Source: Adineta vaga
Lineage: Eukaryota > Animalia > Rotifera
Assembly (NCBI GenBank): GCA_021613535.1
Contig: CP075496.1
Location: 2,418,001-2,482,000 of the forward strand
Length of the DNA stretch: 64,000 nt
Direction: 5' to 3'
The position numbers were made by a program, and so were the translations under genes. This document shows, piece after piece, positions 27,251 through 41,000 of the stretch (its first letter is position 1; every line of letters starts with the position of its first letter). The notes beneath the pieces were generated by a model. It ran no database searches. It saw nothing but the letters and a program-made list of their open reading frames with translations, and was not told the DNA's origin.

Positions 27251-29024
27251 ATGTTATCAAAAAACTTTCTTCGGTATGTATACTTATTTCATATAAAATC
27301 TAGTGAATAAGATTATTTCAATAGATTGTTTACTACTTCTAAGAACATCAAATATCAACAAATATTTTCTTGTTATGCTAGTACGGTATGTGAATATGAA
27401 TGGAAGAAATGAATTGTATTTTTCTAATCATAGAATTCGAAATCAAATGGAAATGTGAAAGAATCTGTAGTTGATCAAAATGAAAAGATTGTTCCAAAAG
27501 ATGAACTTTTCTCATTTATTGTTCGATGTATGTTAAAAGTTGGTACACGACCATCTCATGCGGAAGTCTTAGCAGATAATCTATCTATGGCGGACTATCG
27601 TGGTACATAAATAGTCTCGTTCTTGTGTAGATTTTTATAGAAGTTTAATGTTTATGTGTTGTAAAAATAGGTCATTACAGTCATGGTCTAAATCGACTTG
27701 ATATGTATGTGAATGATATCAAGAATGGAACAACGGCAAAAGATGGTTTGATTATTGATAAAGTAGTTTATTTTTTATTAACTTGTCTGAATTAATTAGG
27801 AAATCCTGTTATTTTGAAAGAATCACCTGGAACTGCATTAGTAGATGGACAGAATTTATTAGGTCCGTACGTTGGTAAATTCTGTATGAATTTAGCTATG
27901 GAAAAATCTAAGAAAATTGGTATTGGATTAGTTGCTGCACGTCGTTCAAATCATTTCGGTATTGCTGGTTATTATGCACTAAAAGCTGTAGATAGTAATC
28001 TGATTGGATGGGCTGTATGTTTAATCATCATCTATTGATGTTTTCCTTCTATTCTAAGACATGAGCTATTTTAGTTTACTAATACAAGTCCACTTGTTGT
28101 ACCAACACGTTCCAAAACACAATCGTTAGGTTAGATTTTTCTTAGATAAATAAACCATCAAGAAAATAATTATATTTATCTATTTAGGAACAAATCCAAT
28201 GTAAATGAAAAATTTCTTAATAACAGAATCTAATTTTCAATTCTATGATTCATTTCTGTAGAGCATTTGGTGCACCTGGTATAAATGGTGATAGTTTTAT
28301 GCTTGATATGGCTACATCAACTGTTGCATTGGGAAAAGTAGAAATAAGTCAAAGACGAGGTTCGGATATTCCAAATACATGGGGTGTAAATGCCGAAGGT
28401 TTAATTGAACATTATTTCTATTCTATTATGCGAAACATTTTCTTTTGTTCTATGATATGTAGGTGTTCCAGTTACAAAACCGAATGAAGTAGAAGGTTTA
28501 TTAGCTTTAGGTGGACCAGAAGAATCATCCGGATACAAAGGTTATGGTTTAGCAATGATGGTTGAAATTCTTTGTGGAATTTTATCAGGTAAATCATTCA
28601 TCTATAGAAAGTAATGAGGAAAATCTTGAATATCTTTCAATCTTATTACTAGGTGGTCATTTTGGTCCATGGATTCGTTCATGGAAATCGGGTACAAGTG
28701 AAGCAAATTTGGGACAATGTTTTATTGCTATTAATCCTAATGCATTTGAAGATGACTTCGATCAACGTTTACAAAAGCTAATCAATTACTGTCGAGCTTT
28801 ACCACCATCAGGTAAATGAACTGTTGCTGTTGATTTTGATTTATCAAATTTTGCAATTTGACATTATAGAATCTGGTAAACCAGTATTAATTGCTGGTGA
28901 TCCTGAACGAGTACATATGGCTAAATGTGATAAACTCGGTGGAATTCCATATCCATCTTCGCAAATTCAATTCATACATGATTTAGCACGTTCATTAAAA
29001 ATTGATATACCACAAATTCAATAA
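27251..29024 (+). CDS. Malate/L-lactate dehydrogenase, Ldh_2 (YlbC/ComC-type) family, probable mitochondrial presequence
   Basis: ADYRGHYSHGLNRLDMY, VDGQNLLGP, SNHFGIAGYY, TNTSP...LGTNPI, LDMATSTVALGK, GYKGYGLAMMVEILCGILSG, VLIAGDPER. Confidence 0.93.
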
Positions 29025-29220
29025 ATTCTTCTTTCATATTGTGTTTGTTTTTCGATATCCGTAATTTTTCTGTTTATATCATTCAATGAATCAAATTATA
29101 AACCATGCAATGTAGCAATCTAATGATTATTTTTTTTTGACTTTTGTGTGAAATAGAAACAGAACATTAGTTTAGTTTACTTTTCTTTGTATTCGCTGTA
29201 GATCATTTCAAATCTAATCA

Positions 29221-32200
29221 ATGTCATCTCGTCGTTTACCTCGTAATCAACATATCATTCCAAAACATTATGATGTTCATTTAACAACTGATCTCGATTC
29301 TGGTCAATTTTGTGGTTCTGTTCAAATTGATTTAATTATAGAAGAATATAATCAAATGTCAATTAAACTTGATACATCACATTTAACTATTGATTTATCA
29401 TCCATCTCATTAATAATAATCTCATCGGCAACAGAAATCAAATGTTCTGTTGAATTAAATGATTTAAATGAACTTCTGGAAATTTGTCTTCCGAATGAAC
29501 AAACATTCTCTCCACAAATTCCATATCGTTTAATCATCAATTCATTTTCAGGTCATATATCAACACAAAATCAAATTGGTTTTTACCGTTCAACAGTTGA
29601 TATTCTATCGCATAATAATCAATTGAATGAAATGTCTTTTGTTAAAAAACATTATGGAATAACACAAATGTCACCAACACATTGTCGTCGAGTATTTCCT
29701 TGTTTTGATGAACCATGTCTACGTGCAACATTTGATTTAACACTCGATATTCCAAAACATATGCAAGCTTTATCGAATATGCCAGAACTTTATTCACAAG
29801 ATCATTCGATGAATAGTGAAACTCGACGTATTCGTTTTCAACGTACACCATCAATGCCAACCTTTCTTCTATGTTTTGTTATTGGAGAATTCGATATGGT
29901 TAAAAGTGAACCTGTTCAACGAATAAAAAACGATTCTGAGTTAGTTGAATTTTGAATGTAAACATTACTAAATATTTATTGAATATAGATTGGCTCCAAT
30001 TGAATTAACAGCATATACATTACCGGGAAGAAAACATGAAGCTACATTTGCATTAAATTGTGCACGAAAAGCTTTACATTTTTATGCGGATTTATTTCAA
30101 ATCGAATATCCAATGCCAAAACTTGATCTAGTTGCGGTACCTGATCTATTTTATCCAGCTATGGAAGATTGGGCAATCATTCTTTTTAAGGTTTGATTAA
30201 AAAAGACTAGAACATATATAGAGATGAGAAATGTTCAAATTATTTTTGTTTTAGGAAGAAGAAATGTTAATTAATGAAGATCATGCTATTAGTGTCCAAT
30301 ATCGTAATGTATGTCAATCTGTTACACATGAAATAGCTCATCAATGGTTCGGTAATTTAGTAAGCATTCATTGGTGGAATGATGTTTATGTTATTGAAGG
30401 TTGATAGCAATGAATTGAATTATGTGTTATTGATTTCTATGTTTTTAGGATTTGCTAAATGGTTTGAATATTTAGCAACAGATTATATTGTTCCAGAATA
30501 CAATGTATTTTCGGAATTTTTTTCGACACAATTTGTTCGTTATTTCGATTATTGTATTAATATTCTTCATAATGAAGCCGATGATATTGATGAGAAAGAT
30601 TTCTCTTTTGAAGGTTATATTTATTCAAAAGGTTCATGTTTAATGCGTATGTTACATTTATTCATTGGACAAGATGATTTTCTTGAATCGACTCGATTAT
30701 TTCTACGTCGATATTCATATCGTACAGCAACTGCAATTGATTTTTGGACATGTGTAGAAGAAATAACTAAATTACCCATAAGTATATTCAATAACACATC
30801 AATTTTTTCTCCAGTAACAAATGGATTTTTATTCTTCTAGAACAAATAGTATATAGTTGGTGTAAGAAAAAAAGTTATCCAGTTGTACAAGTAAAAATGC
30901 TTGGTCACGATGAGACGACAGGTAAGAAAAAGAGAAGCATTCGATTTCTATGACAATGATATTTATTTAGGAATTTACGATTTGGAATTGAAACAAATGA
31001 GTTTTTGTCGAGGTCATGAAAAAGAAAAACAGTCCGATGAGAAAAAAATTTCTTGTCATTGTATTAGAACAGGTGATTTAATATGTGATACAAAACATCA
31101 TATGAATCTTCATCAATCCATTGATCAAGATTCAAATTGGATCATACCAATAACAGTCATTAATAATCAATCCGATGACTTTGTAACGAAATATTTACTG
31201 ACGAAAGAACAAGAAATTCTTCATATTAATACGAATTTATCTTTGGAAAAAGATGATGATGAACCATTGATAAAAAAACGTCGTCATTCATCTTTAGCAT
31301 CGACTTGGTTCAAATTAAATATCTGTTCAGGTGGTCCCTATCGAGTGTTCTATTCTTCGGATATGTTAGAAGAATTAATTCAAGCAATGATTAAACAAGA
31401 ATTGAATACATTTGACAGATTTAATCTTGAAAATGATATGTATGCTTTAGTTATGGGTGGATTTACATCATTAGTTGACTATTTAAACTTATTATTAAAT
31501 GGATATGTAAATGAATTAGATGATGAACTTGTTTGGAAAGATATTGAAAGTAATATTATACGAATTGGTACATTATTAGAATATGATAAAGAATTATTTG
31601 AGTTTTATCGAAAATTTGTTTTATTTTTCCATCGATATTTATATCAAAGAATTGGCTTTATGCCGAATGATAATGATTCAATTGCACGTGGACGTTTAAG
31701 ATGTTTTCTATTGGTGATATTAGGTAAATTATTTACAAGAAAAATCTTCTTTTCTTTTCTTTTTGAACAAGAGCGAGAATTACTTTGTTCATCATATTTT
31801 TAGTTCTTAGTATTCGAGTAAATTTCGAAGAGATAGAATAGAAGTTTCATATTGAATAATTATTTCTATGTCATATTTTGAAAACTAGGTACAATTGGTC
31901 ACGATTCAGCTATTATTTCAAAAGCTCGTGAACAATTACTTGTATATTTAAATGATTCTTCAGTAACTGTTCTTTGGCCAATATGTGCAATAGTAGCTCA
32001 TCATGCATCTGAAATCGATTTAAATAATCTTTTGAAATTATGGGAACAACGTACACGTCGTGATGATCGTCTTCGTTGTGCTTATGGTTTATCATATGTT
32101 CAAGATCCAATTCATATCGATCGTGTATTAGATTTATTTACTACGACGAATAATTTTATTCGTTTACATGAACGTATTGAATGTTATAAAGGTTTTTGTT

Positions 32201-32859
32201 TAAGTAAACAAGGTCGATATTATTATCAACGATATATTGAAAATAATTGGTTATTAATTCGAACAAATTATAATGATGAATATCTTGAAGCACTTATTCG
32301 TGAAACATTTGGATATTTTTCTACAAAAGATGAAGCAATACGTATTGAAGAATTCTTTCTTTCAAATGAAACGTTTCAACAAAAATATAAAAGCAATTTA
32401 AAAGAAACACCATCAACACCATGTACTCGTATAGCTGTACATTTATGTTTAGATGATAATGAATTATCGACAATAAATAAAAGTAGTTTACCATCGCCTA
32501 TTCTTAATCAACAACAACAACAACAACAACAACATTATTCAATGATTCCACATAAAGTTCGAGAAGTAGCTTCAATTATTGCTCATACAACACGTACACG
32601 TGCTGCTTTACTTGAACGTGATCGTGAACGTTTACTAACGTTTTTTCAATCTGATAATTTTCCGATTTTATCATCGAATTTCATCGCATCTAGTCAGCTT
32701 CTTTCAGTTAATACCATCAATGTACCAAATGTAATTTCAACATGTTCACCAACGATAACAACGAGTGGAAATAAACGAAAACGACGATTATCATCATTAA
32801 ATACAACAAATTCATCACCACCCGTACGAAATCTATTAGCATCAGATACGAGTGTTTAA
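29221..32859 (+). CDS. M1 family aminopeptidase (puromycin-sensitive/APN-like, no signal anchor), divergent
   Basis: [83 protein letters not shown], and an ERAP1_C-like helical domain. Confidence 0.92.
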
Positions 32860-34157
32860 TATCATGAAAACAAAAGTCAATTAATATTTGATCGTTTGAG
32901 TCTCTTTGTGTGCGTGTATGTATAAGAATTACCACATACGATCTCATTTGTTTTTCTTTCCTTCAATGTCTTTTCTTCTTCTTCTTTTTTTTTACTTCTT
33001 TTTCTTTCTCTTTCTCTGGTGAATCGATGTGCTATGTGATTCTTCGTTATTTTTTGTTTTTGTTTGCTTTCAAAACTTTCTTGCTGTGAATCAAAGATAT
33101 ATTAATAAAAGAGAACCGATATGAGTCTGTATAGAAATATTCAAAAATAAAAAAAACACAAACATATTTTATCTTTCCTAATAAATAACTCTTATATCAT
33201 ACATACATTCAGATGTCAATAACAAGTCGATTTGTAGACTATGTTGAAGGACATAGTATCTAAGAAAAAAAAATGAATCATTCTCTATCGTTGAACTTTC
33301 ATTGCAACCAAAAAACAAAAAAAAACTTCAGGTAAGTTAAAAATAGCAAGCAATTTGCAATATCTTTGATTGTATTTGTTCTTAAAATAGCAAAGAACAA
33401 CAACAATTGAGAATAGATGAGTTAATCGAAAATAATTGCGACATTCGATTATATGTCAATATTTAATCGATTGGTATTTTTTCTTTTTCATTTTCAACTC
33501 AACCAACTTTATTAAAAGAAAAAAGAAAACTAACTAATGTAATGTAATATATAGTGTTTTTTTCTCCTCTTCTTCTATTGACATTTCGGAGTTTCATTGC
33601 CGGATGTAGATTATTCAGAAGATAAGAACTATTTTCTTCTTTTGTGTACATATATATGTATATAAATATATTGATCGTATCAATAACCTTTACATGTTTT
33701 TTTTCCTAAAGACGTCATTTACCTATTGACAAGATACAAAATCTATCAATCACCTATTCGATGCGTTATTACACAAAAGTAAATGTTTATATAAGGTTAG
33801 TATAGATGTTTTCGAGTAAAGTATGAAACGAAAAAGAAAAATAAGAAGACCTATCGAATTTGGTCATGTACGTGTTTTTTCATTCGTATAAATTGTTTTC
33901 CTTTAGTAATAAGAAGTACCTTGCAGGTACAAATATTATTAGAAAAAACAAACTTTATAATTTTGTATATAAATATCCTGCCTCTCAAAAATATTCTCAT
34001 TTCAGTCTTTTGATATCTTCAGTTAAAAAGTTCGACCATTAATTGATATTTGTCAATCGATTTCTCTTTATTCTTACTTATTACGTTCTTTCTTTTATTT
34101 CTCATCTTTGTATATTAGATCAATATTTAAAAGGGTATATGTAACCAAACGACATTG

Positions 34158-37100
34158 ATGATTATGCGACGACATTCGGTAGATCCCGAGAGTATAAAAA
34201 AACAGATTATCTCTGTGTTCACTACATCATCACGCAAACGTCAAAATTCAACAACAACACCAACAAACAATCGAATTCTAAGTTTTACTCGATATACACG
34301 ACGTTTTAGTGTTCCTGATAAGAAATATTCGGATACATCCTATCCTAATGCCGAACTTCATACAATTAAAGAGGTAAGTGAACTGCTGATCATTCTAACA
34401 TGCTTGCTGTCTGCTTTGTAAGCTTAACTGCGTCATCTGATTAGCATAGCATGAAAATTGCATGCGCAAAATTCGTTTTGTCCTCTCTCTTCCTTTTCTA
34501 TTCTCTCGAGGAGTCATTAAATTGGTAATGATCATCGACATTTGAGTGGAAGTACTTCTATTTGTGTAACACTCGAATGTCGAATAAGACACAGCAGAGA
34601 TCAAACAAAACAACAAAAGAAAAAGATGTTTTTGTTTTCTCTATTCGAAAAAAAAAACATTCGAAAAGAAAGTTTATTAAAAAAACATTGATGAAATTTT
34701 ATTCATGCCAATATTATTAATAGAAGAAGAGGACTCCAACAGAACGGAGAGAGAAAAAAAATTAATTAAATAAAAATGATCCGTAAAATGAGAATGCTCA
34801 TTGACAACAATAAATAAAATGAACTACCCAAGTCTATGATTGTACTTACTGATGTTAGTGTCATCGATAAATAGGAATTCTCTCGGTTTTTTTTCTCTAC
34901 GCTCACATTCCTTTCTTCTTCTTCTTCTTCTTCGTTTTTATTCGAGATGAGAAAAATATTTTTAGTAATGACGACAAAAGACGCCAGCAGGCAAACTTTT
35001 TCTGCCTGCTCTAACTGACAAGAAAGAGAGTAATGGTGTTCGGATGTGAAAAAGAAAAATGTATAAAGAGAAAGAGAGAATGAAGGAAAAAAAGCGAGAT
35101 GAGATTTACAAATGCTGCTTAGTAAACCAAAAATATTCAACGCGGGTGGTGCATTCGTCTAGATAGATTTGATTAACGTCTTACGGTAAAATATCCGGTT
35201 TTCTTTTAAATTTTGTTTGAAAATGACGGGTGAGAGACGAAATACTCTCTTTGCACCTATAAATGGATTTGATTTTACAATAAATGATCGAACACGACGA
35301 TATTCGACACCTGATAAACAAGATCTTGAAACAATCTATGAGGTAAATATGAAAATATTATAATTGAAACGAGGAACGATTTCTTTATCTTTCCTTAATT
35401 ATCATGTGGTTCAGAGGTTATTGTCTAATCAATGAATCGAAAGATTTCTATGCTCATTACATTCTTTACTATTCAAATAGAGAAACAAATAAGTTGTTTT
35501 TAGTAATTATAAGATGAAGAAAGGTATATGTATAATATATTTCGCAATAGAAATCAAAATGATTCATATTCAATAAGGAAAAAAGTTGTACTTGAATGTC
35601 AAATTCCTATTTGAGATCATTAATCATACCAGAATCAAATAGTTCTTCTTTGTTTCTCATGAAAATGTATAATAGATCTATCGAAGAAAAGTTCAAATGA
35701 TCTTAATCTTTAGGTTATTTATGAGTATTCATAATCAATCTCGACAATCTCTTAAGATTTGTCGAAAACTATTTAATTTTAAAACGGAAAAATCTCGATT
35801 GATATTCTTTAACTTGATTGTCAATTAGATTTCCTTCGATTTATCCTATTCAATTACTAAATACGTGATTTTTTTCCAATCGAATATATACGTTGTCCTA
35901 CATTTGTCAAGTATTCGAACTAGATTACATTAGCATAATATAGAACTCTATTCTGTTGTTCTACGTATCTCGAAGACAACATCTACAATTCATACAAACT
36001 AAATCATGCCTGATGGAATATAGTTTGTCTTGTAAGCTTTAATAGAACGCTCAGTGTTTAATCTGTGAGAAATAAAGTATTTATATATGGTATGGAAAAC
36101 AACATACCTATATGATGAAATATTCACGTGCATCGCACGAGAACGACATTGTTGAGTGTCGAGTAAATAAATGCATTGTTCACATGAGAATAGAGAGAAA
36201 ACATATTTTTTTCTCTATTTTTATTAAAATGTCAAATATAGACTAAAGACAGAAAGCATCGTTATTATTTCATGTCTGTTATACATTTTTATCGATATAA
36301 ATAGAAAGAACGAATATCAAATGAAAGAAATTTTCCGATCGATACTTCTGGTGAGAATAAATTTGCTTTTACTTTGTTGAGTTAAACGATGAATGTATGC
36401 TCTTTTCTATGCGCGGAAGTGTGTATGTGTGAGATTACTAGTGGAATTTTGAAGAAAACCATTGACGTCATACGTTGAGATATGAGTCACATACTATGAA
36501 TAATAATTGTAGCAGATAGAAACACGTTCATTACGCAACAGTAAAACGTATGTTTTTTCGTACTGAAAATTTCGATTTTTATCTTGTATTCTATTCGTCA
36601 TTTCGTCAATTAGGTTAACCAAAAACTGAAAAAAATATTGATGTTATTTTCATTATCATTGTACGAACAGGTGACGTTGATTGATGACGATTATTGATAT
36701 CCATGTTTCTCGAACATCCTTTTCAATGTGTATATATGTGACCTTCTAACATCAAGACATGACGTGTATGTATATGACTCGAGTGAGCTGTATTCATCTT
36801 TCTTTCTTTATAGAACTGCTTTTCCATCATTCTTTTTTTTTCGTCAATAATATTTCCTTTACTTTCTTTCTCTCTCTCTCTCGCCTTCTTTGCTTTATTC
36901 TTCTCGTTTGTATCGTTGTTGTTAGCAGCAGTAGTAGTAGTAGTATTAGTAGTTCGAGTGCAAGTAATAGACAGAAATTCTTACGAAGTGAGAAGCAAAA
37001 GAACTTTTTTTTCCTTTTTGTCGTTTGTTACATGTATGACAGTCTAAAACGATGTAATGAATGAAGCAACGACTAACATAGAGAGAAAACGGGATGTCTA

Positions 37101-38010
37101 GATAGATGTATGTGCGATATAAACGAAAGGAGAGAAAAAATGCACCCGGTTTTTTTCCCATCACACATATTTTATCTATCCTTTTCGAATTTGCAATCTA
37201 TTGACATCCAAGAAGGAAAAAACGAGAACCATTGGAAGTACGACTCGTGACTTGCTTTATGAATCAATAAACTAAGAACAGGAAAGAGAAAAATGTTGTG
37301 TTCATTCTATTTTCAGATAAAGAACAGCATTTTATTGACATTTTTATATCTTTGAGAAAGAACAAAATGAAAAGGAGAAAAACAATGGTATATATCTCAA
37401 AGGTTTCGTATTACAGTATGCAGATTTTTTTTTGTCCAGAAATTAGAAGACTCACGTCTCTTCTCTGCTTCTTATTTAAAAATTTGATTTTTTTTTCTCT
37501 TGTTCTGCTTAGGTTAAAGGATTTTAGTCAAATGATAATGATAATACGAAATGAGAGAGAGAGAAAGCGAAAGAGAACGAAAAAGGAGGAAGAAGAATAC
37601 GAAGACATCAATCTTCATTCATAAGATAGAGGTGACCCTCATCGATTCTCCTAATTGAACAATTCAGTTGGCTGTATATCAAAATCGATGAAAACGAAAT
37701 ATGATTAGTTTAGCTTTCATTTCGTTCTCTCAATGTTCATCCGTCCATCTTTACTTTCTATTTACGTTTAAAAGCAACAGAATGAAACGTATATCAAAAG
37801 TATAGATTTATATATACATATGCGAATAGCGTATATATATATATATATACATTTTTTTCTCTTTCGTTCGTGCGAGAATAAGCAAGAAGAGGCAAGTACA
37901 AGAATGCGTCATAGTCTCCATCATCATTCATTCAGTCAGTCATTTCTCTTTTTTCTTCTTTTTCTTTTCTCGCCGCATTTATAGACGCGAGTATTGAAGG
38001 TACGGTTGCT

Positions 38011-38041
<31 letters not shown>

Positions 38042-41000
38042 ATTGTAATATAGTTTTTTTTTCGTTTTAAAGAAAGAAAAAAACGAGTGGGAATACGTTT
38101 TCCTATCACACTATTCATCTTATCAGACATTTAATTCTTGTCTATCATATAACTCATGACAACAAGTGACTATCCAGTACGAACGTCAGTTTTACTCGAT
38201 ACGGTACATGAGCATGATCATGAACATGAACATGATATGAATCATGAAATGGATCATAACAGTTATGCTCGACCAATGGTAAGTTTAGAAGAAGAAAAAA
38301 CGAAGAAAATTCTCATTGAATAGAAAATGATTTGAGAATAGATTGAAAAAGTCGAACTATTTTCTTTATATAATATTTAGAATGAAACGAATCCAATAAC
38401 AACAACTGGTACAGATCAAACTGATTTAGATCGATCAATTTCACCAACTAAAAATAATTCAGATGGATCATCGAAACTATCGCGTATTCAAGCTGTATTT
38501 CTCTCACGCAGTAACGCAAATGATAAAAAACCTAATACAACATTAAGTAATGCTGTTGGAGTATTATCTCATCCAACCAATAGTACGTCAGGTCCAGGTG
38601 GAGGAACAAATGGAACTAATGAAATTAGTGAACATTCCAATGTTGTTGCTGCCCTTGCTCAACATGCAAGTGCAGCTATACCTGTTGCTGCATTAGTGGT
38701 ACCATCAAATAAATTCCAAGTGACAAGTGCAAATACGTCAACACTCGCGCCTTCCTCCTCCACCACGTCATCAGCAGCAAAACAATTTCTTATACGTCGT
38801 GTTCGTTCACGTTCTAAATCGGATCCTCAATCTGTACCTGATAAATCACTTTTTTCAAGATTTTTTCCAAAAAAAAGCAAGAAACCTTTACCAACATTAT
38901 TAACAACAACATCGAAATCAATTGAAACACATTCCAATACAAATCATTATAAGAAAAGACAAACTGTAAATAATAATCTCTTAACAGCAAACTATTCCAA
39001 TTCAAATACATATGATGACGATGATGACGAAGAACTTGATGAACGAACTGTTTCAACTGGTTCATTGTCAGATAGTGATCAACGAAATCATAAAGATGGA
39101 AGAATCAACGGTGTACGAAGTTCGAATACGACACGTGGTGGAAGTCGAACAAATAGTGGTAGTGGAAAAAATACAAGTGCCGGTCCAAATGCTCTTTCAT
39201 TACCAACATCAGATTCACAATATTACGCATCATTATCATCGGCACCAACGGGTTATTCAATTTCGTATCATAAACGTATGACAAAGGGTAACGATGATCT
39301 TCGTATCCAAGCAGCACTTGGTCGACTTCAACAGCAGAGTAAACAAAATACGACAACAGGTGATGGCACAAGTCAATTAATGGTATGCTTCTTTATTTAA
39401 ACAAAAAATATATAGTACATGTTCATTGTATTTATTATTTGGCATAACATTCTTTCTTTTCTCTTTCAACCTACTCTTTCATTCATTCATTCATTGTTGT
39501 CTCTAAATGCTCGATAGTATAGTTGCCTAGTCAATTATTATTGGCAAAGATCCAACATGAGACACGACCGAGGAAAAAAAAGTCGGCTAGAAATAAAAAA
39601 AAGAAGAAGGAAAACCGTTCTCTTCTACAATTTTGCTTGCTTATGCGCATGCTTGCTTAATTAATATTCATATTCCGGCTTTTTACGTCTGCTTCAATTG
39701 CTATCGTACTTATTTTATTATTATTTTTTTGTCATTTTAGTCACTCTTTCAAGATCCGAAACGGAGTGGTAAGATTACTTTTCATATTACTTTTCAATAT
39801 TTTATTTCCATGTATCTATGTAGGAGCTCAAAGTCCAAATCATATGAGTGGCGGAACTCGTGTTAGTAAAACACTATCTGGTCAGACAATAATCACCAGA
39901 AATAGTTCGTCAGATCGACCATCGACCTATTGTATACGTCCAACAGTATGTTTCTTTTTCGATTTATATTTTATTTTTCTATTAAATTTATTTTTTAGTC
40001 AAGTTCACCGATAAATGATACAGATGAAACATTTAGTAAGACAACTTCAAAAACGATGTCATCGTATTAATGAAAAGATCATTTTTTTTCAGTCAGCAAT
40101 GATGAAGTTTATACTCATTTTATGAAAAATCATACATGTTATGATATAATGCCGAAAAGTTCTAAACTTGTCATTTTCGATACCCAATTAGCAGTGAAAA
40201 AAGCATTTTATGCACTTGTTTACAATGGTGTACGTGCTGCACCATTATGGGATACGAAACGACAAAAATTTACGGGAATATTAACAATAACAGATTTTAT
40301 TCTTATATTAGAAAAATATTATAAAGAACCTAATGCAAAAATCGAAGAACTTGAAGAACATCGAATTGAAACATGGAGAGAAGTTTTACGAGAATATGAA
40401 AAACCATTATTATGTGTAAAACCAACGGATAGGTAACTATAATATACATAAACATGATGTAAATAGAAAATTTTCTTTCTTCTTCTTAGTTTATTCGATG
40501 CTGTTTGTATTCTCACAGAAAATCATGTTCATCGTTTACCGATTATAGATCCAGTAACGAATAATGTCGTTTTTATTCTTACACATAAACGAGTATTACG
40601 ATTCTTTTATTTATACGTACGTAGCAATCAATTTGACATTTGTTATTATTTCCGAAGTTTCGATTCGATCTTTAGATCTATGATTGGCCACAACCAGCAT
40701 ATATGTCGAAAACATTAGAAGAACTTAATGTTGGTACTTATGATAATATGCATATTGTATGTAAAGAAATTGTTGAAGGATTTTTAGAAATAAAAAAAGA
40801 AACAATTCATTTTTAATTATAGATTCAAGAAGATACAACAATTATTGAAGCACTTAATGATTTTGTCAAATATCGTGTATCAGCATTACCTGTTGTTGAT
40901 AGTCAAAGAAAATTAGTGAATATTTATTCGAAATTTGATGTTATTGTAAGTTTAATAGAATAGGTTTTTTTCCGAATTTTATTATGCAATAAATCGTTTC

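Noticed and set aside
27251-29024. Ldh_2 dehydrogenase as an HGT candidate
   Set aside because: The family is mostly prokaryotic but also occurs in many invertebrates, and this copy has many introns and a targeting peptide.
34986-35010. Hairpin AGCAGGCA-N9-TGCCTGCT
   Set aside because: An 8 bp stem alone is expected by chance in 64 kb; no ncRNA or terminator context.
34766-38130. Several 60-125 aa ORFs inside the long AMPK-gamma introns
   Set aside because: They are F/L/K/R-biased translations of purine/pyrimidine tracts with no splice-compatible ends.
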